A stretch of 63,973 nt of DNA, filler included, from Trichosphaerium sp. ATCC 40318 (Eukaryota > Protista > Tubulinea): the NCBI GenBank assembly GCA_038496445.1. It is 3 parts of 3 records of this genome, joined end to end, with 100 filler letters (N's around TTAATTAATTAA, not from the genome) between each part and the next. Parts side by side here need not be neighbours in the genome. Positions count along the whole stretch, not along the records: positions 23,672 to 50,853 come from JALMLS010000496.1; 2 more parts are not named here. One strand, written 5' to 3'. Shown here one piece after another: positions 29,364 through 41,900 of the stretch. Position numbers and translations under genes: made by a program. The notes under the pieces were generated by a model. That model searched no databases, was not told where the DNA came from, and was given only the letters and a program-made list of their open reading frames with translations. How positions within the stretch are numbered: the stretch's first letter is position 1; each line of letters starts with the position of its first letter.

Positions 29364-31801
29364 ATGAACTTTTTTACTGCAACTATACTACTTGTATTAT
29401 TACAAGTTTCCCTTGTCATTGGTACAGTTTAAACTTACTTGTTATGTAAGTATTCGTAGTTGCTAACCAATAATATTAAGGTCAAGCCAATTGGCAAGAT
29501 GTGCGTACTTTGGGCACTGTTGAAACAATATTAAACAGCACAGCTGCAGAAGGAATATTTGACCCGCAAATTGCTACGGGATTCATTGTACCAAACGCTG
29601 GTCCTTCTGTGTGCATGTTTTTCGCTATTAGAGGACTGTCGGGTGAAAATGGAAAGCGCTCACCAATTGGAGTAGTTGATACTGTAGCTGCAGGCGTAGC
29701 AATTAGTACGTATAACTATGTGACAGGAAAAAAGGAAACAAACGAAAACCGCTCCTAAATGTCGACTTCCACTTAACCGTTTCCGCCTCTGTACGGGCTT
29801 TACGTGCGTAGAAGGGCCAAGGTCGATTACTTGTATGCGTTTCAGGAGGGTTGTGAGGCAAAAAAGCCGAAAACGGCACAATATTCGGCTTTTTTGCCGC
29901 GCAAAGTGGAACAGTTTAAGTGGTAGTCGACAAGAAAAAAAAAGTTCCTCAAACCATTTAATACTTTTACTTTAACCAGTTTTGGGTTTCAATTGTACTT
30001 ACCTTTTTTGGGCAAAGTTGCTTGTATATTTTCATGAGTCTTTATTTACTGTTTTTTCTCTAAGCTTTCCAGACTTCCATTCGACCTATCAGGTTTATGG
30101 ATTCTAGTGGCAACCCTCCTTTGCCAATTGATATAGTGGCTGGACCTAACGAGTTTGCTTTACTTTATTGCGAAGATCCTGATATTATTCTAAAGAAACG
30201 AGGAGAGGAACCACGTTTTACTTGTGAAATGCGGTTTATAACTGGTAATTTAACTGTATGTTTTCTCTTTCTCGTTGATGACTTTACAACTTTACTTACT
30301 TGTTCACGTGTTGTAGGGTTTCGTATTGTCAGATGCATTGGTGCTTAATACTACATCTTTGTTGGGTGATGGTATTGCTTATGATGCAGGTACACGATTT
30401 GTACTGTATATACAACAGCCAACTCAGTCTGACTGACTTTTTTTTTTTGAAAGCACAACTTTATTTTCCATACTTGTTTGATTATGTTCCCTATTAACTT
30501 TCTTTCTTTTTTTGTCGTATAGAGTCCAATGCATACATTGTTAATTACATAGATGATAGTCGTACTTTATTTTCTCTATCAGTTGATGCAGTTACTAAAA
30601 ATGTGACATACCTCCCATTCAACTGTACTATTCTTTTTATCGTACTTTTTTCTTCTTTTTACTAACACTTTTTTTCTTTTGTTTAGATACTTCTGATTCG
30701 ATTCGTTCTGACTTTGCAATTGGTAATGACCATTGTATTGTATCATCTTTTGTACAAGATGCAAGTGACCAAATTATTAAACTCTCAGCAATCAAAAACG
30801 GGATAACTGTACTTAACATATATTTCATTCTATTCAAGCAACTAAAACCATTTTTCTTTAGTACCTTTACGAGCATACTCTTGTCAACATTACAAGTGGT
30901 AGTACTAACTTCATTTCTATGGCATACGATGAAATCTCAGAGCTATTTGCTGTTGTTTATACAGTACAAACAGACACTGAAAAACGAGTGAAAACAATTA
31001 TGTTTGAACTAGCTTGTGAAGAGAATCCAACCGTGAATGTCATTGGCATAGTTGATTATAATACAACAACAGCAGATCCTGCTATCATATCCACACCATC
31101 TTCAACAAATTCTTTTCTCGTGTCATGGCAATTAAATCAGAGTTTTTATGCAGCTTCATTGTCCGATTCGAATCAAGTCACCTCAAGTGTTCTTCCTGCG
31201 CTTCCTTTTGTTAATCACTTTTCCCTTCAAATGACATGGATAGATTTATCAAACGCAACTATTGGAGGTTGTGGTTCAGCTGGAGTACGTAACAATAGCA
31301 CCTAGCCTAAAAATCTCAGATTGTTGAAACGCTGTTTCTTTGCTTATTGTTTATTTATTCCCTTTGTAGATTGTAGTGAAAAGTGACAGGTCCCTTCCTA
31401 TGAATTGCAACTCTACTCTTTTATTTTTAAACGCTAATCCAGATTTCAACTTTATTGAATGTCCTGCTACAGCTCCACCAACGACAAGCCCGCCGACAAC
31501 TGCCATGCCAACCATGACAACAGTACCAACAACTAGTGCTCCAGCAAACCCTACTACAAGCATGCCAACCGCAACTCCAACAACTAGCTCGCCAACTACT
31601 GCTACGCCAACTGTGCCAACAGTACCAACAACTAGTGCTCCGACTACTGTTGCGCCACCAACGGCACCTGTTGCAACCTTAGCGCCAACTGAGACACCCA
31701 CAAGTACTACTACTGACAGTCCAACTGTACGCTCAGGAACTACTCAAACACTATGGAACTTTGCAGTGTTTGTGTGCTCTTTTGTAATCTTTGCTGTATA
31801 A
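29364..31801 (+). CDS. Cell-surface protein: signal peptide, beta-rich ectodomain, Pro/Thr stalk, hydrophobic (GPI- or TM-like) C-terminus
   Basis: MNFFTATILLVLLQVSLVIG start; multiple short-intron exons; PATAPPTTSPPTT.. stalk; ends LWNFAVFVCSFVIFAV*. Confidence 0.7.
29760..29932. repeat. Intronic foldback element (MITE relic or structured RNA)
   Basis: TGTCGACTTCCACTTAACCGTTTCC / GGAACAGTTTAAGTGGTAGTCGACA imperfect 25-bp terminal inverted repeat, plus an internal perfect 15-bp stem (29857-29871 with 29884-29898). Confidence 0.75.
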
Positions 31802-32190
31802 CTACAAGCTTGGAAATAAAAGGTCTCAAAACGTATAATGCGCATCTTTTAAAAAACCAAAAAAACTCAGTTTTACAAAAAAGAGCTACCGTTAAATATT
31901 AGCATAGAAAGGTTCTTTTTGTATATGGCAGCAAATTCGCTTGGTCCAGACCGACTAACATAGTGCCAAAATCACAAGTATCCTGAAACTTGTCTTATGG
32001 AAATATTCGTATTTCTATTGGTCTTTGTACCCACGTTTTGCTACTTTCCAAAATACCTCAAAGTCGTTTACACGTGTTATACACATAGAAGCAATTTAGA
32101 GTCTTATTACGTGACCATGAGAATAACACTGACAAAAACGTTAGCCTTTTTTGTGTAGCTGAAAAAAAAGTCACAGCCCATTCAATAGCC

Positions 32191-33187
32191 ATGCAACAAG
32201 TACTAATCGCGCTACTACTGCTTTCATGCTATACTAGCTAAAAGCGAGTTTATTGAAGCGTTACCAAGGTACTTATTAATTTAATGTCGTTGCTGACGTG
32301 TGAGACAAAAGGTTAACGTGGTCAAACCACTCTGCGCTTGATCCTACAGCATGGCCATGTTCTATTGATAAAGTAGATAATATTGGAATACAGACATTCC
32401 TAACAACCTACAAAGAAAAGCTACCGGTGATAATAACCGGCTCATCGAATAATTCGCAGTTTGTACAGTCATGTCAAAGAAATAACCTTATTGAGCGCTA
32501 TGGTGACGCTACAGTAAGACTATCAACAGCGAATAGCTATTCGTACGAAAAAAGAGACGAAAAGCTACGTACATACGTAGAAGAGATGATGTTCCCTCAA
32601 AACGTACCAAATGAGTTACAAATACGCTGTTATTAATCAAACAACGTTTAGCTGGACACTCCAGGAGATAAAACGTACTACCACTTTGGTGACAACAACC
32701 ACAAAGAGTTTGAAGACTTGTTCAATGAATACGTCCTACCCAAGTATCTTGATAAGGATAAACCATATGCTATTAGTTTCGGCTTAGCAGGAGATGGTTC
32801 TGGCGTACCTTTTCATTTTCATGGTGCAGTATGGGCCGGTAAGTCGTCATTGACATTTTTTTTTTCAAATTGTTTTTTTACTTCGTTAACGGTTTCACTT
32901 TTAGAGGTAGTTCATGGATACAAGCTTTGGTTGCTTTATCCACCTTCGCCTAAACCTGTTTTTGAACCTAATGAAACAACACTCAAGTGGATACAAACAC
33001 GTTATAGGCACATGTCAGGTGCTGAAAAACCGATAGGTAGAGCTCGTAAATATTTTTAGTTCGTGTCATTCTAAACAAGATTGTAGTTTGTGTGTTGCCA
33101 CCTGGAGAGTTATTGTACATACCCAATGGTTGGTATCATGCTACACTAAACATGGGAGAGTCTGTCTTCATCTCAGTATTTGTTTAA
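32191..33187 (+). CDS. JMJD8: JmjC-domain protein, JMJD8-like
   Basis: YGDATVRLSTANSYSY, YHFGDNN, SFGLAGDGSGVPFHFHG, EVVHGYKLWLLYPP..FEPNETTLKW, PGELLYIPNGWYHATLN. The signal peptide needs a 1-nt correction in the TTT at ~32222. Confidence 0.88.
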
Positions 33188-33583
33188 CCTCAAGAACAGC
33201 AAAAAACAAAAGAAAACAGAGTTTTGTTTACCTTGGCTATACAACACGAGTAATAGAAATTAGCATGGATTGAAACCTGTCACGAACATAGCAAGTACAG
33301 AAAGAATCCACAAACCCGCAAAAACGAATAAATCACACCCAGCAGCTAGAAAGCGAAATAAAAAAAAAAAGACACTCAAAAAAATATCCAAAAAGTTGTT
33401 TGCACGTGATGTCCTGTAGATAATGGTATTCCATTCAGGAAACTAAAACCGTAAATGAGCACATGAGTACTAAAGTGGTGACTGTAAAACTCGAGTATGA
33501 AGAGGGTTCCTTAACGATCTTCAAATGCTCGCTTAGCTGTAAATTGAGTTGCTCAACGCTCGTCGCAATGGATGGCTAAATAA

Positions 33584-35554
33584 ATGAGTAAACGAAAGAC
33601 TACAGGCACTGGTTAGTATAGCACGATTTTGTGTTTTTAACAGCAGATTAATTTTAAACAATACTCTAGGCACTGCCAGACCGCCTAAGAAGCGAAAAAC
33701 GAATGCAAAATTTGATCCAATTGTTCTGTATGATATGTTAAGCGATCGGAACGAGCAGCTCGCTCAATGGACCTCAGACGATAGTTTTCGTTTAGAATAC
33801 AGCAAAAAAGGTACATTAATTAAATTATAACAACGACACGCGCTTTCCTTACGTAAATATCCTCTAAAGCTAACGTTAGTAGTTCCTGGGTCAGCTCCTC
33901 TCTCACAATTGATTGGTGGTGCTAAAAATCTTTCGTACTACGGATTCAGTAAGATAGAAGGACGAGACGACTGGTAACGCCTTTATTTGCTTTACAGAGT
34001 CTTTGTTTTTAACAATTGTAACATAAATTATTTCTAAGTTTGTTAAAAGGTTTCATCTGCTCGTAGAGAAGGACACAGGAAAGCGTGTATTCCGTCAGCA
34101 TAACAGAGATGATATAGGTGCAAAGGTAAACGACATTTTGGAGTTTTCTTTGAAATTTAAAAAATTTTACGCCTAACACTTTTTAAACAAGATACAACGT
34201 GCAGCTATGAAACACTATGAACCTGCTGGGTACGTTTACAATAAATACATTAAGATAAAATGCAATGACTTGTCAAATTACAAAAGTTTTCTTCTAATTT
34301 TTTTTTTGATGATGTTCACGTTTGTTACAATGTATTATTTCTTACTCGATTTTTAGCACTATAATTGAAGAAAAATATAGCGCTTATGATCCGTTACAGT
34401 ATTTATCTATTACACATTCTAGTAATCTTGTCGCTGGGATGCATGTTAACGCAAACGATGGCGATGTTTTAACGCTTCGGATGAAAATAAATAACCTTGA
34501 AGGAGAACTTAATACAGTAAAGGCTAAGCTTGCCAAGAAGGAGAGTGAGGTTGATATTTGGAAAGATCAGTGTTATGCGCTACTTCGCAAAAATAATGAC
34601 ACAAACGGCACACAACAAGTGAGTATACAATCATGATTTGTTTCACAAAAAAATTTTCCTTTTTGTAATTTTTTTTTTTAGAACGGACTTGCAAATACTG
34701 GTGAGTCAATTGCATTACCTGACGCGAAAGTATCCTTAGCCCCTGAAGATAATATATATGAATGCCCTATTTGTTGTGATATGACACATCTTAACGAACT
34801 TCGCGGATTTGGTTGTGGTCATCACTGTACGTTTAAGAAAATCAAAAAAAAATTTTGAAAACTCTCCACGTTTCGAAGAAAAGTAAGGCTCGCTGTTCAG
34901 GGACTGGAGTCTTTTTTGAATTTTTTTAAATTATGCTTACACGTGCTTTTTAATAAATAGGTTGCCGATCGTGCTTGAAGACTTACATTTCAAAACAAAT
35001 CGCAAATCGAGCTATTCCTATTAGATGCCCTTTCCCTTGTGATCACGAAATTCAACAAGGTGAAATCACATGCCATATTGATCCACAACAATATAAACAA
35101 TATATGGCCGCTGTACACGACTCATTGGTTATGCGTAGTGATGACCTAGTGTACGTACAAACAAATCAAAAATTATTACCAAAAGCTTACCATGTTACTA
35201 AACAGGTATTGTCCTACTCCTGATTGTGACCAAGTTGTTCAATGGGATAAAGATCGCAACCCACGACTTCAATGCCAAAAATGTTGCAACACATGGTGCC
35301 TCCTATGCAAAGTACCTTGGCATGATGGTCTCACATGTCAAGAGTATCAAGCTTTCTCGTTTCCTCCACCATTAGATCCAGAACCACTTGATCTTAATAT
35401 CGGTGATGGTGGGTTTGTTACTTGTGCTTGTGGTACTTGGTTGGAGTATACATCTGGCTGTTATGTTGTCACTTGTATTTGTGGTAGAAGAGTTTGTGGC
35501 AAGTGTGGTAAGGTTGTCGAGCCTGGAAACACTTGCTCTCACACCACGTGGTGA
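33584..35554 (+). CDS. HSF-type DNA-binding domain + coiled coil + RBR (RING1-IBR-RING2) E3 ubiquitin ligase
   Basis: NLS-like PPKKRK; LYDMLSD..AQWTSDDSFRL..NLSYYGFSKI..VFRQHNRDDIGAKIQR; coiled coil LRMKINNLEGEL..; CPICC..CGHHCCRSC..IRCPFPC; YCPTPDC..CQKC..WCLLCKVPWHDGLTC; CACGTWLEYTSGCYVVTCICG..CGKC. All splice junctions checked stay in frame. Confidence 0.8.
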
Positions 35555-35760
35555 TTTTCTCGAAAAAAACGGGAATGGATGATGTAAGAGTAATATTCGG
35601 ATATTTGTAAATTTTTTTTAAAATAACTTGTAAAAAGAGAAATAGAAACCAATTGGTTTAAAATTATGACGTGTTTCTGTAAATGCGAAAAAATAGAAAA
35701 GTGCGCTTAATGAATTTTTTGGTTAAGTTGTTTGAAGTTTTTTTGTTTTATTTGTGTACT

Positions 35761-37599
35761 ATGTCTGTGGAAGTGCAGCATAAGATAGTAGTTATTGGAG
35801 CAGGTGTAGTAGGTCTTTCGACAGCAGTTGTTTTGTCGGAATGTTCAAAACTCGACAACAGCACAATACAGATTATTGATAAGGTATTACCACCAGGAAA
35901 CCAAGCTTCTGCTTTATCTTCAGGATTGGTAAGCTAATTGTTTATTTAAACACGCATTCCAACCATATACAGGTATACTACCCAGCGCTATTGAGCGAAA
36001 AACACGGGCGAAGCACAATTGAACGGTTTAAGCAATTATCCACCAACAGCGAAGAAACAGGTACAAGCACATTAAACTAACGGCATTATGTGTTCTAATG
36101 GTAACCATTTTTAGGCGTTGTAATTACACCATCCGTCATTTTGCGCCGAACAGACGAAGGAGGCGTTATAACAAAGCCAGCTGACTTTACTGCTGAAACA
36201 TTAACCAAACTCCAAGAACTCGATCCAAGCTTTCGAAAAGCAACTACAGAGGAGCTCAAAGGTGCGTCACATCGAGGTAAACATTCTAAAGGCATAACAA
36301 GTTCCATAGGAGCACCTAATGGCATGTTTGGACCTCAGCCCGTAATTGCAATGCCAACGTACTTGCAGTATTTAAAAAACAAATTGGATAGTCACAAACG
36401 CGTCAGCTTTGAGCAAGCCAACATATCAAGCCTACAAGAAGTGTTTCAAAAAACAAATGCGTCAGTTATTATAAATGCTGCTGGAATTGGTGCTGGAACA
36501 CTGACAGGAGAATCTGTAACTTCACTAAGTACGTTTGAAGCAAAAAGGGATGATTTTCGGATGTTAATCCCTTTTTAATGATTTTCGGGGTTTTGTTCTT
36601 GCTAGCGATGACGTGTAGTTATACTGGCGAACCGTAAAGCGGTTTTTTGACAAAAACGGCATTAATTTCCCACAATTGATTTCGCTGATTTACCTCTATT
36701 CGCGTTTAACTATTCGCTTAGGTAGCCATATGATGCTTTTAAAGCATACTGGTAAAACACTCGCACGATCGTACTACGACGAAACTAACCCCTCTGGTAA
36801 CACCTACTACTTTCCACGTCAAGATGGGTGCATTTTAGGCAAGTTAATACTAAATTTATTGAAATCGTGATTTATACTGTCGATTCCGAAGGAATAGTCC
36901 AATACACAATTTTATAACGTATTTACGGAGCTTTTTTTCTGTTTTGTTCCAAAAAAAACCGATCGGTTGAAAAGTTTTTTTGCGATGTGCCTTTGTTTAA
37001 CGTCTTTTAAATAGGCGGTACAGACACTACAGCTATTGGTAATAATGTTGATGATACAGTTATAACTAATATACTCGCTCGTGTTGATTTAATGTTACCA
37101 GAGTTGAGCTTAAAAGACGCACAGATAGAACGTACTTGGGTACACATTCGATACCCTTCTTTTCATCAACTTCTAACTTTTTTTTTTTCCTTTCTTATTT
37201 TCTTGTAATTAATCTGTTTAAAGGTTGGTTCACGCCCTATACGTGCTAGTGGTGTTAGATTAGAAGTAGAAGAAACAAATGAAGGACCTGTAGTACACAA
37301 CTATGGCCACGGTACTGATATTTTTCTAAAATACAAAAACCTGTTTTTTTGGGTTTTTTTTTTACAAACAAAAAATTATCATCCCTCAATAAAGTAAACT
37401 AGCAGGCTTGGGCATAACAACATCTTGGACGTCTGCAGAAACAGCTGTAGAGCTTGTTATAAAACGATTGAACTATTTTTCTTCCTTGGAGGATTCAAGC
37501 TTAAAGAGGCCGTTCGAGGGTGCTGGTGATGGTGAAGATGATCAATCACCTAAAAAAAGACGTCGTATACAAAGTACAGACAAGAATGTTGAAGAATGA
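35761..37599 (+). CDS. D-amino-acid oxidase / D-aspartate oxidase family FAD oxidoreductase
   Basis: KIVVIGAGVVGLSTA (Rossmann), MPTYLQYL, IINAAGIGA, TYYFPRQDGCILGGT, VGSRPIRASGVRLE, VVHNYGH.GLGITTSWTSA. Confidence 0.9.
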
Positions 37600-38328
37600 G
37601 TTGGAGGAGTTTTGTACAAAAAAAAAAAAAATAGTTGTATTTTTATGTGTGTTTAAAAACAGTTTTAAATGTGTTTGGTTTTTATTTTGATTAAGTAGAG
37701 CTTACTCAAAGCAGCGTGTATATCTCGTTCTTGTTACAGAAAAGTAATTTTGTAAAACACACATTCTCAATAGAACCTGGGATAAATACCTCAAAGTAAA
37801 ACAGTTTTCAACAAAAAAAATCCTTGTCCAGTTTTTTTTTCTTTGCAAAACAGATTATCTTAAAATCCATTTTCATCAAATATGAGGCATGGAAATTATG
37901 CGTGACGATGGACTTAAAAATGAGATTGTCGATAATCGATAATCCGGGTCAATTCCGTGGGATTGCTTTATTTTTTAGAAAGGACTCTATAGAGTGTACG
38001 TAGACGCGGTTGTGATGCCTTTCGAAATGAACTACAAAACAGGGTTCAACCCTACTTCCAAGTTAGGTAAAAATCCTTTTATGTACAGAAAAGTAAGTGT
38101 AATTTTCCTACTCAGAATGCGATTTACTAACGCCTATAACTTGCTAGACGTTTGATTGTATCAATTAAAGAAGCTTCATAACTTAGAAATAAGAAAGATG
38201 ACTGACAGAGAAAGAAATTCTCACGAAGTATCTCGGTACGGCAATTTACTAAAAAAAAGAACAATGTAAAACTATTCTAAATTAAGCCAGCCTCAGGAAA
38301 AAGCCAAAGAACTTTCACCAAAACACCA

Positions 38329-38838
38329 ATGCAACGCCTTATCATCCTTGCCGCTGTTCTATCTGTAGCCATTGCACTCACCGCTACCAGTTGCGACTTT
38401 AAATGCGCTCGCAAGCACGTAACATGCCAGAAAGCCGATATCGCTCCAGGAGTATGCTCTAACCAACAAGAACACTGTGTAAAGCAGTGCAACAACGGTC
38501 TTCCATCAACAAACGATAAACTCAACATGCTCATTAAATCCCAAGACGACCCTGACAAAGACTTGCTTTGCGTAATACCTTGTGTATTCGAAGGTTTAAT
38601 TTGTGAGCAAGCATTCAGCAGCAACAGTTCAATCTGCCGGAGAGCTTGGGGTGCATGTATTAAGTTCATGGGATGCGGAAGCGCTGTCCCAACAGTAGCA
38701 CCTGTAGAACGCATTGCTGAAGGCAACCCAAAATGCAAGCATGCTTGCCTTTTGCTAAAAGAGAAATGTATCAACCTTGGCTACAAACCAGAAGTCTGTA
38801 ACGCAGTAAAACAAACCTGTGATGAACAGTGTCTTTAA
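38329..38838 (+). CDS. Small secreted cysteine-rich protein, intronless
   Basis: 169-aa ORF with signal peptide MQRLIILAAVLSVAIALT and repeated CxxxC(x6)C(x8)C(x6)CxxxC-type modules. Confidence 0.75.
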   Translation: MQRLIILAAVLSVAIALTATSCDFKCARKHVTCQKADIAPGVCSNQQEHCVKQCNNGLPSTNDKLNMLIKSQDDPDKDLLCVIPCVFEGLICEQAFSSNSSICRRAWGACIKFMGCGSAVPTVAPVERIAEGNPKCKHACLLLKEKCINLGYKPEVCNAVKQTCDEQCL

Positions 38839-38969
38839 ATAAATCACTGTCATACCCTCATAAAGCATTTTGTTGCATTCTGTTGCGCACGTGCCGGTTC
38901 GGCACTGATGAAACCTTGAGAAAATTGTAGTAAAAGACAAGTTATTTGTACATTGTTTTGATTGTATTT

Positions 38970-41900
38970 GGAGATGTACAGAATGAAATGAATTGATTCC
39001 GAAAAAACACGAAACGTTCCGAAAAAAACACGAAATATTCCGAAACATTCCGTGTTTTTACCATCTCCAAACCATATCTCATATAGTTGAAGCAAGGTCT
39101 TTTAGTAGGTAGTTTCCAAGAGCATTGCAGTGCAGTTCGTAACAAAAAAAGTGAAGTTGATAACAGCTTTTTGCAATCGCGATAATTTAGGCAGTACTGC
39201 GACTATTTTGCGAAGTTGTCTAAAGAACAAGAAATGTCATTATAGTAAAATCGCTGGTACTCCTGATAGGTTTTGTGGAGAAGTTTTTTTCACTTAACGT
39301 TGTATACGTGACTTTCGTAGTTTCTGTGTGTTGGAAGTGCTCCTTGCTTGTGCTACAGCAACTCAAGATGGTTTTTGTGCACAACAATCACTTTGGAAGT
39401 GATACGAAACTGATATGAAAGCGCTTTATTTTCACTTCCAAATCGCTTCATAACGCCTTGGTAGAAACGCCTTAGAATCACTTGGAAAGCGGTTTGAAAG
39501 TGATTTGAAAGTGATTCCAAAGCGATTTCTACATGAGTTTTTTTATCTCTTGATGCTGTAGGTGCACCTTTTGCAATTTTGTTATTTCGCAAGTGCACCT
39601 CAGATGTATTACAACCAATACTGATGCTTTGAGGAAAAAAAGCGCTTAGAAATCACGGGTTATACTAAAATGTAGAATTTGCATGTCAAATGAATGTAGA
39701 ATTTGTGGGTACCTGGCGATCGTTTGATCTTTTATATCAACTCAGGTACTACATGAGCTCACCAAAACCTTGATTAACTATTTTATAGCAAAACAATATG
39801 GCTATCAATTTCATATTGATAGCAAGGCGTTTACATCAAAAGGAACAAGCCACTATTTTAAGTGTGCTCAGCGGTCATTGTGTGGAGCTCGTGTTATCCT
39901 CACCAAGGATAAAGAACACCATGGTATAATTAAAAACCTTCGGCAAACAAAAGGTACTTTTTTTTTTCTCAATTTCCTTTACAGTAATTTATGGCCTTAG
40001 ATCACCACTATAATTGTATGCCTACCATGGCATCTCAATTTCACATATCGAACAGCGTTAAAAAACGCGTTGAGGAAGATTTAAGAAATGGGGTACCATC
40101 ACGTTTAGTGGTAAGTATTTCTCTTTTTTTTTGCTTTTACTGTACTAACTACTCTTCTAGCGAAGAAATTTGCTTCTTCAACCAAAAGTAAATGTCTTAA
40201 ATTGTGCTCAAACACCTGATGCACGCCAATTGGAATATATTTCACGCTTGGTTCGTAGTGAGGAGAGCTTGAATGTGGAGGTACATTGGACTCTAAACAG
40301 CATTTTTTTTTTATTTTTTCGTAGGTTTTAACAAACCTAATTATGACTTTGGGGGATCAAGTCCGTGTTCAACTATCGCCTCTGGTGGTTTCTTTTGTTC
40401 CATCCAATATACAGCGCTTCTTAAAGGAGTTTGACGCCCGTACCATTTATGTAGATGGTACTCATGTGATGGGAGATATTCGAGCTCAGGTACAGATTTT
40501 TTTTATTACTGTTTTGTAGTAACTTATTTTTTGTAAGCTATTGCTGTTTTGGGTGAAGGCTGTCGGACCAACCAACTCAAAGGGTACTTGTATTTCTTGG
40601 GCTCTGTGCGAAGGTAAAAAACTGGAGCAATATGAGTACGCCTTTGGTCACCTTGGTCGCTCCATTGGCACCGTAGTGTTTAGAAGACTCATGGTTGATT
40701 GCGAATTAAATCTCGCTTACGGCACGTATTTGATAAATCCTTCTTTGTTTTTTTATCTTACCACACTTCATTTTGATTCTCTTAATGATAGTGTGAGGCG
40801 TTCCTTGGATACTAAGGAGAGCATAAACTCTTTTTTTTTGATACTCTTTTTGTAAAACTATCTGCTTACTTATTATTAAGCTGCGTTGAATGAATGGCCT
40901 TTAATCCAAGTTCATCACTGTTTCTTCCATGTAATGGACGCTTTCCGCAAATGGAGAACAAAGAACCTTTCTGGAGATTCAAAGACAGCCATCTACCAAT
41001 GGTGCAAAGCGTTCACTGATGGTATAGCGAAGGCTGAAACTCCAGATGAGTTTTATCGTATATTTTTGACGTTTTATGATGTAAGTTTTTCTCTTTATTA
41101 GTACACACTTACTTTGATTTAGGAAGCTCTTAGTAGTACTAATGTACACAAGCGATCATATGCTAAGTATGTCAATAAGAACTATGTGGGCTATGACTTG
41201 GACTCAGCGAGGTACATTTTTTGGCTATTACAATTTTGGGGTTTACTTAACATTTTTGTCAGGTACGAGCCTACAACATGGGCTAAAGCCTTTATTGCTC
41301 TTGAGTTCCGCGAGGATATGACGAACAATATCAGTGAGTCCAACAATCGAGATCTGAAGCGTTGCTTAAAGGCAACACAGACACAGAAATCTCGTTTGGA
41401 CATTCTTGCCAATCAATTGGCAATGTTTGTTGAAGAAAACTTGATTATTGGCCTAAGAATTGTTCATGGCATGTGTGCAGGGACTCGCATACGTCAGGGA
41501 GAGGCTAGTGTTGTTGGAAGTGATTTGGTTCAAGGTGCGAACCAACAATGTTTCTTGTTTATTTTCCTTACAATTTGTTTTTATAGAAACAGACATCAAT
41601 GATATGACACCTGCTCTCAGAGCTGATGTTGCCTCTGATGTTCTCTTTCCAAGTGATGCTATTGGCGATGACCTTGTCTCCACTATTGATGATGTACCTG
41701 CTGAACATGAGATGCTACTAGGCATTGATATTGATGGAGAAGCCATCCCCGTCTTGGACTACAGTGGTGATGGTGATGCTGCAGATGCAATACCTGTATC
41801 TTTGGAAGGTGGGATAGTTTCTCAAGATGCCCAAGAAATCTCTATACCACATTTAGCTAAACGTGAGTTAATTTTTTTTTTGGTTGTTTAATTTTTTTTT

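Noticed and set aside
32215-32240. JMJD8 as a pseudogene or programmed frameshift
   Set aside because: A single extra T in a short homopolymer within an otherwise intact gene; similar homopolymer indels at ~12528 and ~24325 suggest sequencing error.
37860-38260. Exon-like fragments upstream of the Cys-rich gene
   Set aside because: Stops in all plausible joins and no identifiable domain.
38755-39145. Short ORFs here and at 42634-43038 sharing VKTRNVSEYFVFFSERF
   Set aside because: They are translations of the MULE terminal inverted repeats.
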